DNA of 27,219 bases, taken from positions 1 to 27,219 of IMG/VR virus record IMGVR_UViG_3300020045_005002. One strand, 5' to 3'. Positions 22,953 to 27,219 of this stretch are shown here, piece after piece. How positions within the stretch are numbered: the stretch's first letter is position 1; every line of letters starts with the position of its first letter. The notes beneath the pieces are model-generated. The model did no database searches. It was not told the DNA's origin and saw only the letters and a program-made list of their open reading frames with translations. A program made the translations under genes and the position numbers. The stretch is from a virus. Lineage: Duplodnaviria; Caudoviricetes.

Positions 22953-23249
22953 TCAGATGGTGCCTTTGGTGGTGCGGTAATCCCGATTGGCTGGGTCGTT
23001 CGCCCATTTTTTCCAAGCGTCGGGGTCATCAAACCAGCCCTCAGTGAATGACTGGTTCAATACGGAAAGCGGTATCAATGCGACCCGCGTGAAGTCTTTG
23101 CCGGGCTTTTGCTCTGAGAGCATTTTGGCGTTCTCGATAATTGGCTCAACGTCTTGGCGGCTTTCAATCCAGAACTTGCCATCCTGTTCATGGTGAACAG
23201 TCTTGCGGCGTTGCTCCGGTATGAAGTCGAGTAAATGTGCAATGCTCAT
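22953..23249 (-). CDS. Conserved-type hypothetical protein following the capsid gene
   Basis: GAGGA RBS; 'QDVEPIIE..K...VALIP...WANDPANRDYRT'. Confidence 0.75.
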   Translation of the reverse strand: MSIAHLLDFIPEQRRKTVHHEQDGKFWIESRQDVEPIIENAKMLSEQKPGKDFTRVALIPLSVLNQSFTEGWFDDPDAWKKWANDPANRDYRTTKGTI

Positions 23250-23262
23250 ACGTTTCCTCAAT

Positions 23263-23286
23263 AAAAAAGGCCCGCCGAAGCGAGCC
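23263..23286 (-). terminator. Rho-independent terminator after the capsid/HNH genes
   Basis: Minus strand GGCTCGC-TTCG-GCGGGCC-TTTTTT (cUUCGg loop). Confidence 0.85.
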
Positions 23287-23313
23287 AGTTGGCCTAGGGA
23301 GAGGGACCTAGGA

Positions 23314-23898
23314 TTATGTTACATGTCGCCATGACTTGCCTAGGCCAGCCATTCTGACGGTCGTGTAATCTAAGCCTAATTCGTTCGACAGCGCCCGCCA
23401 GCCTCGCGCCGAGTTCGTCCGTATGTAACGAACCTTCTCAGCAGTTAGTTTTGACTTTCCGTTGTTCTCGCCATTTAACACACATGTCACTCTTCGACCC
23501 TTGGCCATCATGTCCATCGTGTTGTCTTTTGGCGTCCCTAATTTCAAATGCCTTGGGTTGCAGCACGGCGGGTTATCACATCTGTGCATCACAACAAGGC
23601 CGTCAGGAATTTGGCCGTTTAATTCAGCCCATAATGCCCTATGAGCGACAGAACCCTTGGAGCCCTTGCCGCCTATTTGTATTGAACCGTAACCACCGCG
23701 CACTGTAGCGCCAGTCCACGGCCAGCAATCGTTAGTGTCCCTAACATCAATCCTACGCCACAAACGTTCCAGCAAAGGAGCGTGTGTGCGCATAGTGCCG
23801 CCAGTAGAGCCATGCGCCTTTAAGCGCTGGTAGTGCTTCGGGCATAAACCTCTAGCCCTTGCTTCACTCCCGCAATTTTCTTCAGAACATATTTTCAT
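23314..23898 (-). CDS. HNH homing endonuclease
   Basis: 'CSEENC...ARGLCPKHYQR', 'CWPWTG...GYG...AHR...VMHRCDNPPCCNPRHLKLGTPKDN..DM..KGR', C-terminal HTH. Confidence 0.93.
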   Translation of the reverse strand: MKICSEENCGSEARARGLCPKHYQRLKAHGSTGGTMRTHAPLLERLWRRIDVRDTNDCWPWTGATVRGGYGSIQIGGKGSKGSVAHRALWAELNGQIPDGLVVMHRCDNPPCCNPRHLKLGTPKDNTMDMMAKGRRVTCVLNGENNGKSKLTAEKVRYIRTNSARGWRALSNELGLDYTTVRMAGLGKSWRHVT

Positions 23899-23901
23899 AA
23901 A

Positions 23902-23944
23902 TAACCCTTCCAGTTGTGGGGCTACCACTTTACTGGAAGGGTTA
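23902..23944 (-). promoter_or_regulatory. RBS-sequestering hairpin upstream of the HNH gene
   Basis: Perfect 13-bp inverted repeat TAACCCTTCCAGT/ACTGGAAGGGTTA ending 3 nt before the ATG. Confidence 0.7.
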
Positions 23945-23962
23945 AATGTTATCAAGCGTTAA

Positions 23963-24916
23963 TTAGCTCGTCACTAGGTCTGCAATCAACGCATGGGCGT
24001 CTGGGTTTCTCATCTCCAAAGTGTATTCGGAAATTATGTCGCGCGTCACCGCATCCCCGACTCGCCCGAGCTCCTGCGGCTCAAACATACGCAGACCAGC
24101 AACAGCGACCTTGGTCGTGTCAACAATCCACGCGTCACGGTCACGCTGCGAGCGGTTCGGAACCACCTTCAGCACACCGAAGTCCGAGCGATACAGTTCA
24201 GCCGCACCGTCAACAACGTCCTGACGCACGACAACCTGCGAAGTCGAACGGCCAGTGAAGGTCGAAAACTTCTGCTTGTTGAACGGGCCGACCAGAACAA
24301 GGTTCGGCTCGCCGCCATCGGTAAACGCGTCAAGGATTGCGTCCTTAAGCAAGTCTTCCGTGATGGTGCGCAGAACGCCTGCCGTGCCGTCAAGAGCGGC
24401 CGCGGTTGCGGCAGTTGCGTCGGCAGCGACAGTGCCACCGCGTGAGCCGTTGCCATTGATCCACGAGTTGAACGAACGCAGGGTCCGAGCCGTGGTGGTG
24501 TTGCCCGCAGTCTGGCCGGTGTTGCCAAGCAGGATGGCTTCCATGTCGCGGCGCAGTTCAAGCGACTTTGTCGACATCTGGAAAGACATCATGTCATCAA
24601 TGCCTGCCGGATTGGTAGCCCGCTGCGTGCCAGTTACGGTCGCATCACGGCTTGAAATTTGGCAGTAGTTTTGACGGCGAACGGGCGCGGTCGATGCAAC
24701 GCGGGTCAGCGCATCACCTTCAAGGCGGGCGTTGGTCGTGTTGATGCTCGATAGCGCATGGGTTGACCATTCATGCAGAACAGCCGTCGCTTTCACGCGG
24801 GGAACTGCCGACATAAACGGGGTGTCTGCGGGCGAAATACGGTAAACCGCATCCGCCAAATCTTCGCGGTTCGTGGTCACGTCATACGTGGCCATCGCGC
24901 CTGTAACTTTAGTCAT
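23963..24916 (-). CDS. Major capsid protein (DUF5309/SU10-like)
   Basis: 'NREDLADAVYRISPADTPF...HEW...N...EG...NYCQI...ELRRDME...SDFG...EYTLE'; follows the scaffold gene. Confidence 0.92.
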   Translation of the reverse strand: MTKVTGAMATYDVTTNREDLADAVYRISPADTPFMSAVPRVKATAVLHEWSTHALSSINTTNARLEGDALTRVASTAPVRRQNYCQISSRDATVTGTQRATNPAGIDDMMSFQMSTKSLELRRDMEAILLGNTGQTAGNTTTARTLRSFNSWINGNGSRGGTVAADATAATAAALDGTAGVLRTITEDLLKDAILDAFTDGGEPNLVLVGPFNKQKFSTFTGRSTSQVVVRQDVVDGAAELYRSDFGVLKVVPNRSQRDRDAWIVDTTKVAVAGLRMFEPQELGRVGDAVTRDIISEYTLEMRNPDAHALIADLVTS

Positions 24917-24928
24917 TTCAAAAATCCC

Positions 24929-25978
24929 TTAAAGAAAGTTTTTCCAAACAGCGGCACCGGCTTCGATGCTGCCCTCTGCGGCCAATCGTTCATTTGCTTT
25001 CCGAACTGCCGTCGCTTTGGTTGCAGACCTTGGAATGGCTACACCGGGCCTCACTGCTGGCTGGGCGGGCTTCGGCGCGGGTGTTTTCTTCACCTCGCCT
25101 TGCGCGCTCTTGATGCGGTCATATTGCATCGCTTTCCACGCGAGATGCAGTTCGGCAGACGTGATTGCGTTGAGGTTTTCCGCCTCAAAAACGCTCTCTG
25201 GAACGCCTGCTTGCTTTGCATAGTTGACAATATCCGACAGAACCTGACCGGCCTTTGCGGGGTCGGTTAGTTCAGGAACGTCAGCAATAAATCGCGGCCT
25301 TGCGACCGTTTCAATCTGCTGAATTTCTGCCTGATATGCGCGCTCGGCATCTGCTTGCTGCTGGGCGGTTATGTCTTCCCGCTGCTGCCGCAGTTGCGCG
25401 ACCAATGACGATTGCTGTTCATATTGAACAACAGCCAAGTCGTAAGCCTCTCGGTTGTAGTTTCCGGTTCCTGCACCATAGGCGCGGGGGTCGGGCTTTA
25501 CAGGCGACACCAATGACAGAACGTCATCAATAGCCGCTTTGTAAGCATCCCGGTTGGCGTTTGCCTCGGTCAATTCGGCCTCAAAGGTCTTCCTGACGTT
25601 GGCGGCTTCTTGGAACTTCTGATTGACCGCCTGTTCGCGCTGTGCTTCCCGCTCGGCTATCTTGCCTTGCGCGTCTGCTGGCAGCGACTCCCACAGTTCG
25701 GCGTCTTCTTTGCTCCACGATGTCGGCATTTCCACCGGCTCTGGCTGGGACTCATCGTCTGCCTCGGCTTCGGCTTCCTGTTCAACATCGTCTTCGGCTT
25801 CCGGCTCTAGTTCGCCTTCGTCCAAATTTTGTTCGCCCTCTGCGGGGGCAAAGCGCCCCTTGTCATCGCGGGGCCGTTCAATTGGCTCTTCGCTGGTAAA
25901 GGCTTTGAAAGCCTCTGCAGCGTTCGCAAGTTGCACGTTCGGGTCTGCTGCCATTACTGGCTGGGCAGTGTCACTCAT
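24929..25978 (-). CDS. Capsid scaffolding protein
   Basis: Acidic N-terminus, 'RDDKGRFA', 'P.SWSKE..ELWESLP', long helical body; between portal and capsid. Confidence 0.85.
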   Translation of the reverse strand: MSDTAQPVMAADPNVQLANAAEAFKAFTSEEPIERPRDDKGRFAPAEGEQNLDEGELEPEAEDDVEQEAEAEADDESQPEPVEMPTSWSKEDAELWESLPADAQGKIAEREAQREQAVNQKFQEAANVRKTFEAELTEANANRDAYKAAIDDVLSLVSPVKPDPRAYGAGTGNYNREAYDLAVVQYEQQSSLVAQLRQQREDITAQQQADAERAYQAEIQQIETVARPRFIADVPELTDPAKAGQVLSDIVNYAKQAGVPESVFEAENLNAITSAELHLAWKAMQYDRIKSAQGEVKKTPAPKPAQPAVRPGVAIPRSATKATAVRKANERLAAEGSIEAGAAVWKNFL

Positions 25979-26003
25979 GTCTAATCCTTAGATTGTTGTA
26001 GGG

Positions 26004-26225
26004 TCAGTCGCGGGGCGCGTGTGACGCCATTTCCGCTAACTTGCTTCTCACCTTGGCCAGCGCACGTAATTCGGCGTGGAGGCGCTCGCGTGTGCGTTCA
26101 GTCATTGCCGCCGCCCAAGCGTTGTGAATGTCAGTTTCTACTTCCTTGAATACTTCGCATAGAACGCTGTCTTCCAATGCAAGACGGGCGCGAACGCCCC
26201 TTGCTCTGCGGTCAAACAGGTTCAT
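26004..26225 (-). CDS. Small hypothetical protein between portal and scaffold
   Basis: ATGA-coupled to the portal; 73 aa, helical. Confidence 0.75.
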   Translation of the reverse strand: MNLFDRRARGVRARLALEDSVLCEVFKEVETDIHNAWAAAMTERTRERLHAELRALAKVRSKLAEMASHAPRD

Positions 26226-27219
26226 TCGGATAAATCCCCACCAGGGCGGTTGGTTGACAGTTTGGATTCGGTCGAGCGTTCGGACAAGATCATCTTGCGC
26301 TCGGCCAAATCCTCTTCCATTTCCATCTTGCGTTGCGCCAAAAGCATTTCCTGTGCCATCTTGCGTTCTGCCAGTGCAAATTCAGCATCCGCCCTTTGCT
26401 GTGCCAGTTGCGCTTCAAATTCAGCTTGTTCGCGCGCCAATTGTTGTTTCTGCTGCGCTTCCTGCTGCTGGGCCTGTAGCTTGGCGGCCTGCATTTGCAT
26501 TTCGGCCTGCACCTTCATTTCTTCAGGGCTTGGCTTGTCTTCCTGCGGCGTTTCGGACGGTTCGGTCAGGAACTCATCGACATTCTTGATGCCCGCTGCG
26601 TGATATTTGCGCTTGACCGCGTTAAACACATTGTCGGGGCTAACCAGTGAGGCATATGGGCTTTGCGCCAGTTCAGCCATCGTCTGCAAAATGGCATCGG
26701 CCTGCATAATCTGTTCGGAGCGCTCGCCCATCCCAAGGCCGACATTGATGGTCAAATCCATCTCTGGATTCCACATACGCGGGTCCATCTCCACCCATTG
26801 GTTGCGAAGGCGGATCATCCTTGCTTTGGGCTGGTGGCGATTGAGCAACTTCAGCACAATCTTGAACAGGTCGCTAACGCCAGTCTCGGCAAAGATGCGC
26901 GCAATCATTTCTGATCGTGCGTTTTTGCCAGATGCAATCAACGACATTTCAGTTGCCGTCATCTGGCCAGACTTCTTGATGGAATTGGCGTCAAGTCCCT
27001 GCCCTGCACGGCTAATGCCTGAGCGGTCTTCCTGCTGCTGTTGCAGAAACTCCATCATCATAAACGATTTGTCCGCCACGAACGGGACGGATTCGTAACG
27101 GATAGGAACCGAACCTTCCAACACAGCTGCACCGGGCGCGTTGTCCATCAAACTATCAGCGGTTGACCCGTCTGAACGTTCGGAACCCATCGGCAAGTGC
27201 GGGCGCGGGTTGTTTGCCT
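26222..27219 (-). CDS. Portal protein, P22-like (C-terminal part; continues beyond the window)
   Basis: Frame open to the window edge (..ANNPRPHLPMG..); 'RSGISR..QGLD', 'EMIARIFAETG', 'INVGLG', Gln-rich barrel helix. Confidence 0.9.
   Translation of the reverse strand, partial: ANNPRPHLPMGSERSDGSTADSLMDNAPGAAVLEGSVPIRYESVPFVADKSFMMMEFLQQQQEDRSGISRAGQGLDANSIKKSGQMTATEMSLIASGKNARSEMIARIFAETGVSDLFKIVLKLLNRHQPKARMIRLRNQWVEMDPRMWNPEMDLTINVGLGMGERSEQIMQADAILQTMAELAQSPYASLVSPDNVFNAVKRKYHAAGIKNVDEFLTEPSETPQEDKPSPEEMKVQAEMQMQAAKLQAQQQEAQQKQQLAREQAEFEAQLAQQRADAEFALAERKMAQEMLLAQRKMEMEEDLAERKMILSERSTESKLSTNRPGGDLSE

Noticed and set aside
22942-24929. Shared AGGGATTTTT upstream of the glycosyltransferase and capsid starts
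   Set aside because: Explained as a similar SD plus U-rich spacer; too short to support a separate regulatory element
26222-27196. Track start of the portal at 27196
   Set aside because: The frame stays open to the window edge and 324 aa is too short for a P22-like portal; the true start lies outside the window
1-27219. tRNA, rRNA, intact integrase, IS element or host genes
   Set aside because: None recognised by eye; a tRNAscan/Infernal run would be needed to exclude small RNAs formally

Overview
The window is about 27 kb of a dsDNA tailed phage with P22/SU10-like podovirus architecture; an alphaproteobacterial host, possibly a sphingomonad, is inferred from gene style only. From left to right: (i) a minus-strand early operon led by a Cro-like HTH gene, running off the left edge in a DnaA-C-like HTH gene; (ii) a divergent sigma70-like promoter pair with no cI gene; (iii) a plus-strand recombination/accessory operon (ERF, SSB, DUF968/Ref-like, NinB, an Ala-rich repeat protein, DUF551, DUF433, ASCH, Lar-like, HNH and many small ORFs); (iv) a minus-strand late region from the portal (truncated at the right edge) through scaffold, major capsid, HNH, glycosyltransferase, adaptor, tail nozzle, collar, ejection proteins, tailspike, metallophosphoesterase, amidase endolysin, holins and embedded spanins. 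The strongest novel candidate is an SD + GNRA hairpin + GGG-UUU-C element at 18016-18049 that could drive a +1 frameshift, fusing an ejection protein to an M15-like peptidase that has no good start of its own. Other points of note are a probable xis/int deletion scar, a duplicated unannotated membrane peptide bracketing an accessory block, an orphan DUF433 antitoxin-like gene, a glycosyltransferase inside the virion module, and an antisense HNH associated with a replaced spanin gene. All family calls come from motif recognition by eye; no searches were run.
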